Below, piece by piece: positions 17,300-25,699 of a stretch of DNA of 25,699 nt. Below the pieces are notes generated by a model. It saw only the letters and a program-made list of their open reading frames with translations. It had not been told where the DNA came from and did no database searches. How positions within the stretch are numbered: the stretch's first letter is position 1; every line of letters starts with the position of its first letter. Source of the DNA: an uncultured Candidatus Rokubacteria bacterium (lineage in GTDB: Bacteria; Methylomirabilota; Methylomirabilia; Rokubacteriales; CSP1-6). The stretch covers positions 1-25,699 of the forward strand of contig CAVVEU010000034.1 of the NCBI GenBank assembly GCA_963747235.1. The letters run 5' to 3'. The position numbers and the translations under genes were made by a program.

Positions 17300-18976
17300 C
17301 TACCCCATCCAGACCGTGTCCCAGCGCACCACGTCGTAGATCCCAAAGTACTTGCTCGGGTTCTGGCCGTGCACCTTGTTGTACCAGGCGTCGTAAATCT
17401 GCTCGTAGGCGACCGGGATCAGCGGCGGATCCTTCTCGAGGATCTCCTCCGCCTGGCGGATCATCGGCTTCCGCTTGCTGTCGTCCACCTCCCGCTCGAT
17501 CTGGCGCGCGAGCGCGTGGAACTGCTCGTTGGTCCAGCCCGCGTAATTCTGCGGGCCATTCTTGCCGTACCAGGCCTCGAAGTAGTCCGACGGGTCCATG
17601 ACCGACGAGACGATGGCGCTGATGGCCAGGTCGAAGTTGCCCGCCGCGGCCTCCTCGAACCACTGGGAGATCTGGACCACCCGGAGATTGCACTCGATGT
17701 TGAGGTTCTCCTTCAGCATGGCCTGGATCGCGACCGCCCAGAGCTTGAAGGTGTTGGCCTCGCGCACCACGAAGTCGAGCCCCTTGAGGCCCTGGCCGTA
17801 GCCGGCCTCCTTCATGAGCTTCTGAGCTTCCTGGATCGCGGCCTTGGGGTCCTTCTGGTAGCCGAGGCGCTTCTCCAGCTCCGCCTTCGGCGTGGACGCC
17901 TCGTGGAACGGATAGACGAACCCACCGACCTGCATGGGGGCGGTGTCCTTCACCACGTCCACCAGCACGTGCCGGTCCATGGCGAGGTGGATGGCCCGGC
18001 GCACCCGCACGTCCTGGAACGCCTTGTTCTTCTTCTGGTTCATCCAGAATGCCTGGATGACGGACTGGTTGAACGCGGCCGCGGTGACGCCCGGCATCTC
18101 CTTGGCTTTCCGCCAGGAGACGGGATCGAGCAGCCGCGCGTAGTCGATCTTGCCCGAGAGGAAAGCCGAGCCGAGCTCGGGCGAGAAGGGCGCCAGGTGG
18201 TAGACCTCGAGGTGGTCCACGTAGGGCAGTCCTTTGTTCCAGTAGTTGGGGTTCCGCTCCTGGATCCAGACCTCCTTGTCCTTCCGCGAGACGTGCCGGA
18301 AGGGGCCGGTGCCCGGAAAGTTCATGACCTGTCGCAGGTTGCCCTGGTTGTCGTCGAGCGACTTCTTGCGCACGATCACGTTCCAGCCGCACGCGAAGGC
18401 GGCCAGCATGAAGGCCTGCGGCCGCGGCTCGGTGAGCCGGAACTCGATCCGGTGCGGATCCAGCACCACGATCTCGCCCACCGCGGTGAACAGGGACGAG
18501 CGCGGGATCACCACGCCCTTCGGGGGCCGGACGATCCGGTCGTACGTCGCCTTGACGTCGGCGGCCGTGAAGTCGGCGCCGTCGTGGAACTTGACGCCCT
18601 TGCGGAGATGGAAGGTGTACTTCTTGCCGTCCGGGGCGACATCCCACTTGTAGGCCAGATCCGGGATGATGGTCTGGCCGTCGTGCGGATCGCGCCGGAT
18701 CAAGCAGTCGTACATCGGGCCCTGCGCGCCGATATTGGACACCGTGCCCGACTGGTGCAGGTCGAAGTGCGCCGGCGCGCTGATGATGCCGTAGCGGAGC
18801 GTCCCTCCCCGCTTGGCCGCGGGATCACGGACCGGGGTGACCTTGTCCTGGGCTGCCGCGGGCGACCGGAGAAACGCGGGAGCTGCGCCGGCCGCGCCGG
18901 CCACTCCGATGGTCTTGAGGAATGAGCGACGGCTCACGCCGCGTCTACGAGGCTTCGAAGGAACCGAATCGGCCAT
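17300..18976 (-). CDS. ABC transporter substrate-binding protein family 5 (DppA/OppA-like), Tat signal
   Basis: Start ATG 18976 after an AGGAGG RBS; 'SRRSFLK' twin-Arg; family-5 signature 'PDLAYKW...DGKKYTFHLRKGVKFHDG..FTAADV', 'GTGPF', 'RNPNYW', 'DVRVRRAI'. Confidence 0.95.
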   Translation of the reverse strand: MADSVPSKPRRRGVSRRSFLKTIGVAGAAGAAPAFLRSPAAAQDKVTPVRDPAAKRGGTLRYGIISAPAHFDLHQSGTVSNIGAQGPMYDCLIRRDPHDGQTIIPDLAYKWDVAPDGKKYTFHLRKGVKFHDGADFTAADVKATYDRIVRPPKGVVIPRSSLFTAVGEIVVLDPHRIEFRLTEPRPQAFMLAAFACGWNVIVRKKSLDDNQGNLRQVMNFPGTGPFRHVSRKDKEVWIQERNPNYWNKGLPYVDHLEVYHLAPFSPELGSAFLSGKIDYARLLDPVSWRKAKEMPGVTAAAFNQSVIQAFWMNQKKNKAFQDVRVRRAIHLAMDRHVLVDVVKDTAPMQVGGFVYPFHEASTPKAELEKRLGYQKDPKAAIQEAQKLMKEAGYGQGLKGLDFVVREANTFKLWAVAIQAMLKENLNIECNLRVVQISQWFEEAAAGNFDLAISAIVSSVMDPSDYFEAWYGKNGPQNYAGWTNEQFHALARQIEREVDDSKRKPMIRQAEEILEKDPPLIPVAYEQIYDAWYNKVHGQNPSKYFGIYDVVRWDTVWMG

Positions 18977-19045
18977 GGCGTTCCCCTCCTTTGGGGTCTC
19001 CACTTCGGGACGTCTGGGTCCGGACCGAGGGCGTTAAGTCCACGG

Positions 19046-19094
19046 AACATACCACGACCCGCCCGGTCCCTGGCAAGACGCTTTCTGCTAGACT
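19046..19094. promoter_or_regulatory. Candidate divergent extended -10 promoters
   Basis: Plus strand TGcTAGACT (19086-19094) toward the LLM gene. Minus strand TGgTATGTT (19054-19046) toward the binding protein, with TTGCCA (19076-19071) 19 bp upstream of the hexamer. Confidence 0.45.
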
Positions 19095-19139
19095 CGGCGC
19101 CAGTTCACGCCCTACCGCCCCCGATCGGAGGACCTCCGC

Positions 19140-20216
19140 ATGGAATTCGGCGTCCTGTTCACGTCGCACCCCAACCACGCCACCGAGCCCTACCCGCACC
19201 GTGCCGTCCACGCGCGCGTCACCGCCGAGATCCAGGCCGCCGACCGCCTGGGCTACGACACCGCCTGGGTGGCCGAGCACCACTTCTCGAACCAGTACGG
19301 CATCATGCCGGACGTCTTCACCTACATGGGGTACCTGGCTGCCCAAACTTCGCGCATCCGCCTGGGCACCGCGGTGGTGACCGTCCCGCTCTACGACCCG
19401 ATCCGCGTCGTCGAGAACATGGCCTTCGTGGACATCCTCTCGGGGGGCCGCGTCGTCCTGGGCCTGGGCTCGGGCTACCGGCCGTACGAGTTCGAGGGCT
19501 TCGGCCGCGATTTCGACAGCCGCCGCGACGTCCAGGAAGAGGCGATCGACCTGATCCTCGAGCTCCTGCACAAGCGGCGGACCCGGCACGAGGGCCCGCA
19601 CTTCCACTCGGTGATCGAGGGCGACTACGAGATCTTCCCGGTGAGCCAGCAGGAGCCGCACCCACCGCTCTTCATGGCCGGGGCGACCGACCGGTCACTC
19701 GGCTACGCGGCGCGGCATGGATTCGGCCTGATGCTCTCCACCCTGCCGTCGGCCGAGACGCTGGCCAGGCAGATCGGCCTCTACAAGAGCCACCTGAAGG
19801 ACGCGCCGGCGCCGCTCGACCGCAACCCCGGCTTCGGCAAGGTGGACATCGCCCGCTGGGTCTACGTGGCCGACACCGACGCGGCGGCCAAGCTCGATAC
19901 CGAGCAGGGCATCGTCCGCCACATCAGCCACTTCATGGGCGCGGGCACCGCGGGCTACCTCGGCAATGTCTCGGAGAAGAATCGCGCGGAGGGGCTCACC
20001 TACGACGACCTGGCCGCCACCACGCTGCTGCACGGCTCGCCCACGACCGTGATCGCCAAGCTGCGCGAGCTGCGGCACAAGACCGGGCTCACGTCGCTCC
20101 TGCTCCACTACCCGCCCTACTACGGGCACGACAACGCGATGCGGAGCCTGCGGCTCTTCGCGGAGAAGGTGATGCCCGAGTTCCGCCCGCCCGCGAGCCG
20201 GCGCGCGGTGGCCTAG
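19140..20216 (+). CDS. LLM-class (luciferase-like) flavin-dependent oxidoreductase
   Basis: 'ADRLGYDTAWVAEHHF', 'TSRIRLGTAV', 'DILSGGR..LGLGSGY...EF', 'PHPPL', 'LFAEKVMP'; GGAGG RBS. Confidence 0.94.
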   Translation: MEFGVLFTSHPNHATEPYPHRAVHARVTAEIQAADRLGYDTAWVAEHHFSNQYGIMPDVFTYMGYLAAQTSRIRLGTAVVTVPLYDPIRVVENMAFVDILSGGRVVLGLGSGYRPYEFEGFGRDFDSRRDVQEEAIDLILELLHKRRTRHEGPHFHSVIEGDYEIFPVSQQEPHPPLFMAGATDRSLGYAARHGFGLMLSTLPSAETLARQIGLYKSHLKDAPAPLDRNPGFGKVDIARWVYVADTDAAAKLDTEQGIVRHISHFMGAGTAGYLGNVSEKNRAEGLTYDDLAATTLLHGSPTTVIAKLRELRHKTGLTSLLLHYPPYYGHDNAMRSLRLFAEKVMPEFRPPASRRAVA

Positions 20217-21419
20217 CCGACCATCTCCGAGTGCCGCGCGAGGCGGCGGACGGGCGAGGCCAGGATGACGACGGCCTGGATCAGGAAGCCCGCCGCCGCG
20301 ACCACCAGGCCGGTCTCGGCGCCGTAGAGCCCGCCGACGAGGGCGCCGAGCGCGGCGCCCAGCGGCCGTGAGCCGTAGGTCGCGATGTTGATCGCGGACA
20401 CGCGGCCGAGCAAGACGCGAAGGCGTCACCATCTGGCGCAGCGTGGTGGTGCCGATCGTCCACAGGATCGGACCCACGCCCATCAGGAAGAAGCTGAGCC
20501 CGGCCAGCACCGGCGTCGGCATCCAGATCGTGGAGACCATGACGAGCGCGGCGGCCAGGCCGGCGAGCGGGCCGATCACGATCACGACACCGAACGGCAG
20601 CGCGTGGATGAGCCGGCCGGCCAGCAGCGCGCCCACGACCATCCCGACGCCGTAGACGGCCAGCGTGACGCCCACGCCGGAGGCGGAGAGGCCGAGCCGG
20701 TGGACGGCATAGGGCACGTACACCGCCTGCAGGACGAAGAACGCGGTGTTGAACACGAACTGGGTGATGAGGATCGGCAGCAACAGCTGGTGGCGGAACA
20801 CGAAGCCCGAGCCTTCGCGAAGATCCTGCAGCGTGTGGCTCGGGGGCGCCGGCGCGCGCGGCGGCTCGCGCAGGCCCGCGAGCAGGAACACCGCGCCGAT
20901 CGAGAGCGCGGCCGCGACACCGAAGGCGGCGCCGGCGCCCGTCCAGCCCACGAGCGCGCCCCCCAGCGCCGGGCCGCCCACGAAGGCCACCGTGCGGGCC
21001 AGCTCGAGCCGCGCGTTCGCGGCCGCGAGCCCGGCGGGTGGTACGAGAGCCGGCACGAGCGCGGGCGCGGCCACGCTGTAGGCCACCGTCCCGCACGCGC
21101 CCATGAAGGCCAGCAGCCCGAGCAGCGCCAGGGTCAGCCGGCCGGATTGCGCGAGCGCGAGCGTGGCCACGAGCGCGAGGGCCCGCACCGCCTCCGCGGC
21201 GGCCATGAGGCGCCGGCGCGGCATGCGGTCGGCCAGCACGCCCGCGGGAATGGCCAGGAGCAGGAACGGCAGCGTCGCCGCGGTCTGGAGGAACCCGGTC
21301 TCCCCCGCGCCGGCGCCCAGCGCGAGCACCGCGACGAGCGGCGCCGCGGCCAGGCCGATCTGCTCGGCCGACTGCGCGGCCAGATTGGACCACGCCAGGC
21401 GCGGGAAGCCCGAGGCCAT
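20213..21419 (-). CDS. MFS transporter (Transmembrane secretion effector/MFS_3-like), apparent frameshift near 20413
   Basis: ATG 21419 overlaps the EamA stop (TGATG). MFS motif A 'GVLADRMPRRRLM', 'ANARLE', 'LREG..FV', 'LRQMVTP'; 'LGRVSA...' continues in the shifted frame. Confidence 0.88.
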
Positions 21420-22333
21420 CAGGCCGCTTTCGACGACGGCGAGATCGCCACCGCGCGCCGGACGCCCAGCAGGCGGCCGTCGATGGCGAGCAGGCCGACG
21501 CCGATGAGGGCCATGCCCGCGAGCGCGACGCCGGTCACCGGCTCGCGCAGGATCAACGAGCCGACCAGGAGCGCGACGATCGGCATGAGCAGGGTCACGA
21601 GCATGACATTGGTGGCGCCGGCCGTCGCCAGCACGCGGAAGTAGATCACGAAGCCGAGCGCGGTGCTGAGCAGCGCCAGGCCGAGCAGCGCGCCCCACGT
21701 TCGCGCGCCCACGTGGAGCGTCCACGGGCGATCCACCACCAGGGCGACCGGCAGCGCCATGAGCGCGGCGGTGCTCATCATGCCGGCCACCGCCACCACC
21801 GGCGGCATCGCGCGGAAACGCCGGCCATAGGTGCCCGCGAAGGCGTAGGAGACCGCCGCGCCCAGGATCGCCAGCTCGGCCAGTGTGTGCGCGCCCAGAC
21901 GCCCGAGCACGCCGGGGCCGATCAGCACGCAGACCCCCGCGAAGCCCACCAGGACGCCGGCGATGCGATTGGGCGTGAGCCGCTCGTCACCCCAGGCGTG
22001 CGCGACCAGCGCGGTGAAGAGCGGGGTGGTCGCGTTGAGAATCGAGGCGAGCCCGCTCGTGAGCTCCACCTGCCCCCACGCGATGAGCCCGAACGGGATG
22101 AGGCTATTGAGCGCGCCCAGCGCGAAGAAGCGGGCCCACACGCGCGGCGAGATCGGCATCCGGACGCCACCCACCCGCGCGGCCAGCAGCAGGGCCAGCG
22201 CGGCGATCCCGAAGCGTCCCACCACGAGCGTGAAGGGCGGCAGCTCGGCCAGCGCGACCTTGCTGAAGAAGAAGGACACACCCCACAGGACCGCCAGCAC
22301 CCCCATCAAGCCCCACTCGCGTGTCGTCATCAC
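21419..22333 (-). CDS. DMT/EamA family transporter
   Basis: 'LWGVSFFF.KVAL.ELPP', 'SGLASILNATTPLFT', 'AGATN..LVTLL.P', 'LREP'; two EamA repeats. Start is GTG 22333 or ATG 22330. Confidence 0.93.
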   Translation of the reverse strand: MMTTREWGLMGVLAVLWGVSFFFSKVALAELPPFTLVVGRFGIAALALLLAARVGGVRMPISPRVWARFFALGALNSLIPFGLIAWGQVELTSGLASILNATTPLFTALVAHAWGDERLTPNRIAGVLVGFAGVCVLIGPGVLGRLGAHTLAELAILGAAVSYAFAGTYGRRFRAMPPVVAVAGMMSTAALMALPVALVVDRPWTLHVGARTWGALLGLALLSTALGFVIYFRVLATAGATNVMLVTLLMPIVALLVGSLILREPVTGVALAGMALIGVGLLAIDGRLLGVRRAVAISPSSKAA

Positions 22334-22375
22334 GACCGGTATACGGGGCGGGACGCGGAACGGGTGGAAGGCCGC

Positions 22376-22381
22376 TATAAT
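22376..22381 (+). promoter_or_regulatory. Candidate -10 box for the LysE gene
   Basis: Exact TATAAT in the divergent gap, ~40 nt before GTG 22420 (GAGGAGG RBS). No recognisable -35. Confidence 0.5.
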
Positions 22382-22419
22382 GACCGGCGGCTGGAGCCCA
22401 GCGTCCGAGGAGGCCCGCG

Positions 22420-23031
22420 GTGAGCATCGAGTTCCTGATCACCTCGCTGATCGTCGTCGCGTCGCCCGGCACCGGCGTGCTCTATACCCTGGCCGCCGGC
22501 CTCTCGCGCGGATCCCGCGCCAGCGCGGTCGCCGCCTTCGGCTGCACGCTCGGCATCGTCCCGCACATGGCCGCCGCGGTCATGGGGCTCGCCGCGCTCC
22601 TGCACACGAGCGCGCTCGCGTTCCACACCCTCAAGTACCTGGGCGTGGCCTATCTCCTCTACATGGCCTGGAGCGCGCTGAAGGAGCAGGGCGCGCTCCG
22701 GGTGGAGCGGGAGGTCGGCACCCGCTCCGCCCGGCAGGTGATCACGTCCGCGATCCTGATCAACATCCTGAACCCGAAGCTGTCCATCTTCTTCGTCGCG
22801 TTCCTGCCCCAGTTCGTGAACGCCCAGGAAGCCCATCCGCTTGCGCGCATGCTGGAGCTGAGCGCGGTGTTCATGCTGCTGACCTTCGTGGTCTTCGTGG
22901 GCTACGGGCTGTTCGCGGCCGCGATTCGCACCCACGTGGTCTCGCGGCCGCGCGTCCTGACCTGGATGCGCCGGACGTTCGCCGCCGCGTTCGTCGCGCT
23001 CGGCGCCAAGCTCGCGCTCGCCGAGCGCTGA
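22420..23031 (+). CDS. LysE/RhtB family translocator
   Basis: 'SPGTG', 'LKYLGVAYLLYMAW', 'NILNPKLSIFF.AFLPQF'; 203 aa. Confidence 0.95.
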   Translation: MSIEFLITSLIVVASPGTGVLYTLAAGLSRGSRASAVAAFGCTLGIVPHMAAAVMGLAALLHTSALAFHTLKYLGVAYLLYMAWSALKEQGALRVEREVGTRSARQVITSAILINILNPKLSIFFVAFLPQFVNAQEAHPLARMLELSAVFMLLTFVVFVGYGLFAAAIRTHVVSRPRVLTWMRRTFAAAFVALGAKLALAER

Positions 23032-23044
23032 GCGCGCGCGCCGG

Positions 23045-23748
<704 letters not shown>

Positions 23749-23752
<4 letters not shown>

Positions 23753-24504
23753 CGCGAGGCTCCCAGGTAGGTCTCCTGCACGACGCGGTTGGCGCGGATC
23801 TCATCCGGCGTGCCGTCGGCCAGCACCTGGCCCTGATGCAGCACGGTGACGCGATCGGAGATGCCCATCACCAGCTTCATCTTGTGCTCGACCAGCACCA
23901 CCGTACGGGCGCGGGCCAGCTCGCGAATGAGCACCATCGTCTCGTCGGTCTCCTCCGGGCTCATCCCCGCGGTCGGCTCGTCCAGCAGCAGCAGCACCGG
24001 ATCGGAGGCGAGCGCGATGCCGATCTCGAGATGGCGCTTCTCGCCGTGGGAGAGGTGCGCGGCGAGCTGCCCGGCCCGGCGCGACAGGCTCACGGTGCCG
24101 AGGAGCTCGACCGCGCGCTCCCGGCAGGCGGCCAGCGCGTCGGCGCGCGACCAGAAGTTGAACGAGCGCGCGTAGCCCTGCACGGCCACCCGCACGTTCT
24201 CGAGCACCGAGAGATGCGGGAAGATGTTCGTGATCTGGTACGACTTGGCGATGCCGAGCCGGCACACCCGGTGCTGCGGCAGCCCGGTGATGTCGGCGTC
24301 CTGGAAGACCACGCGCCCGGAGGACGGCGCCATCTCCCCCGACACGAGGCGGAAGAACGTGGTCTTGCCCGCGCCGTTGGGTCCAATGATGGAGCGGAGC
24401 TCCCCGCGTCGGACGGTGAGGGAGACCGCGTTGACCGCCACCAGGCTGCCGAAGGCGCGGGTGAGGTTCTCGGTGCGCAGCAGGATACCGTCGGGACCAG
24501 TCAT
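23749..24504 (-). CDS. livG: ABC ATPase LivG
   Basis: GPNGAGKTT, KSYQITNIF, LSHGEKRHLEI, LLLDEPTAGM, VEH, YLG; ATGA overlap with livF. Confidence 0.94.
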
Positions 24505-24548
24505 ACGGCGTCGCGACCGGTCATATGTCGTCGGCCCCGCTCATACGG
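24489..24548. repeat. Degenerate 20-bp tandem repeat, 3 copies
   Basis: CGTCGGGACCAGTCATACGG / CGTCGCGACCGGTCATATGT / CGTCGGCCCCGCTCATACGG; copies 2 and 3 each match copy 1 at 16/20. Confidence 0.8.
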
Positions 24549-25206
24549 TGGCGAAGAAGCGCGCCGGCGCCCCCTCGGTGCCCGCGATCTTGTAGAAGGG
24601 CGCGGCGAACTCCACCCGGCGCCGGGGCAGCGCGGCCAGGTTCGTGAGCCCCTCCATGATGACCACGCCCGCGCCCAGGATCACCCGGTGCATCGCGAAG
24701 TCCTCCGAGGTGAACTCGGGCAGCCGCGCGCAGTACTCCTCGAAGAAGTCGAACCCGATGTTCTTGGGCCCGCGGTCCACCAGCCACTGCGCGACCTCGG
24801 GCGGGAAGTAGGGCGACTGGGTGAAGTAGTCCGGCCACCGGCCGTACATCGTGTCGGTCCACCCGGTGTGCAGCAGCACGATGTCGCCGCGCTTGACGTC
24901 GCCCGCGCCGCCCTTCTTCAGATCGTCGATGGTGATCGAGTGGTTGGTGCCGACCCAGGAGAGATCCACCACCAGCGCCTCGCCCATCACCTGGTCCAGC
25001 GTGATCTCGGCGGTGGTGATGCCGTTCTTGAACACGTGCAGCGGCGAGTCGATGTGGGCGCCGGTGTGCAGGCTCTGGTTCACGCTCGAGACCTGCCAGA
25101 AGCCGGGGCCGCGGCGGTGCGGCGTCACCTCGAGCCTCATGTTGGTCGAGGGCGGGCTGAAGGTGTTCTCGTCCACCGTCACGGACAGGTCGATGAATCG
25201 GCTCAT
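24541..25206 (-). CDS. Cyclase family metal-dependent hydrolase (kynurenine formamidase/isatin hydrolase-like)
   Basis: Start MSRFIDLSV (ATGA overlap with the upstream gene); metal motif HTGAHIDSPLH, 'GDIVLLHTGW', 'GFD', 'H..ILGAG..IMEGL.NL', 'GAPAR'. Confidence 0.93.
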   Translation of the reverse strand: MSRFIDLSVTVDENTFSPPSTNMRLEVTPHRRGPGFWQVSSVNQSLHTGAHIDSPLHVFKNGITTAEITLDQVMGEALVVDLSWVGTNHSITIDDLKKGGAGDVKRGDIVLLHTGWTDTMYGRWPDYFTQSPYFPPEVAQWLVDRGPKNIGFDFFEEYCARLPEFTSEDFAMHRVILGAGVVIMEGLTNLAALPRRRVEFAAPFYKIAGTEGAPARFFATV

Positions 25207-25699
25207 GGCTTCGTCCTGGGTAGGTTGGCGATGGCGCGGGCGGGCCCGGTCAACTCCACGATGTGCAGCCCGGTGTCGGCCCGGTCCGCGAGGTAGATGT
25301 AGCCCCGGTCGTCCACTTCCACGTTGTTGGTCTGGATCGCGGTCTTGCAGCGCGGGACGCCGGCCACCTCCACGCAGCGCTTGTCGGTCTTCGCGGTGAC
25401 GTCGGGGATGAAGAAGGCCGCCTCCACCGGGTGGAACGGATCGCGGATGTCCACCGCGCGCACGCCCGCATTGAAGTAGGCGAGGAACACGAGGCGGCCG
25501 TAGAAGACCGGCGTGAACGACTCGTGGCTCGAGTGCGGGCCGAAGCGGCCGCCCCGGCGGCAGAAGTCGCCGGTCGGATCGGGCACCTCGAAGGTGGCCA
25601 CCGAGTAGGGCGTCTTCTCGGTGGTGACGTCCACCATGAAGGTGAGCTGGCGGACCTCCTGGCACTCGTTGCGGAGCGACTCCGACACCAGCAGCACGA
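25203..25699 (-). CDS. LVIVD-repeat beta-propeller protein, C-terminal part (5'-truncated by window edge)
   Basis: 'GGRFGPH', 'AYFNAGVRAVDIRDPFHPVE', 'QTNNVEVDDRGYIYLADR..GLHIVEL' match the pattern I recall for LVIVD-repeat proteins. Confidence 0.78.
   Translation of the reverse strand, partial: VLLVSESLRNECQEVRQLTFMVDVTTEKTPYSVATFEVPDPTGDFCRRGGRFGPHSSHESFTPVFYGRLVFLAYFNAGVRAVDIRDPFHPVEAAFFIPDVTAKTDKRCVEVAGVPRCKTAIQTNNVEVDDRGYIYLADRADTGLHIVELTGPARAIANLPRTKP

Noticed and set aside
19071-19090. Possible sigma54 promoter (TGGCA...TGC)
   Set aside because: GG and GC are 13 nt apart; the -24/-12 consensus needs 10.
24489-24548. Mini CRISPR array
   Set aside because: Units are contiguous with no unique spacers, only 20 bp long, and no cas genes are present.

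Overview
Very GC-rich bacterial chromosomal window, almost fully coding, with about 28 genes, mostly for solute uptake/export and small-molecule metabolism. The style resembles Rokubacteria-type genomes; that is an impression and cannot be shown from this window. In order: 5'-truncated HAD phosphatase (+); tctC-tctB-tctA tripartite tricarboxylate transporter (-); a ~11.7 kb + strand run behind a near-consensus sigma70 promoter (Tat-type Liv-family binding protein, LivH, LivM, VOC protein, ACAD-fold flavoprotein lacking the usual catalytic Glu, single-barrel MetE-like Zn enzyme, second Liv binding protein, Zn-ADH, LivG/F/H/M, cupin); DppA/B/C-like transporter without ATPases (-) divergent from an LLM monooxygenase (+); EamA and MFS (-) divergent from LysE (+); and LVIVD protein, cyclase-family hydrolase, LivG, LivF (-). 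At least nine genes have small frameshifts, most likely sequencing/assembly indels. No rRNA, tRNA, CRISPR, transposase or transcription-regulator gene was seen. Most unusual: the uncharacterised VOC/ACAD-like/MetE-like/ADH/cupin operon, a 20-bp triple repeat that builds a chain of ATGA-coupled mini-ORFs ahead of livG, and short repeats at gene junctions.
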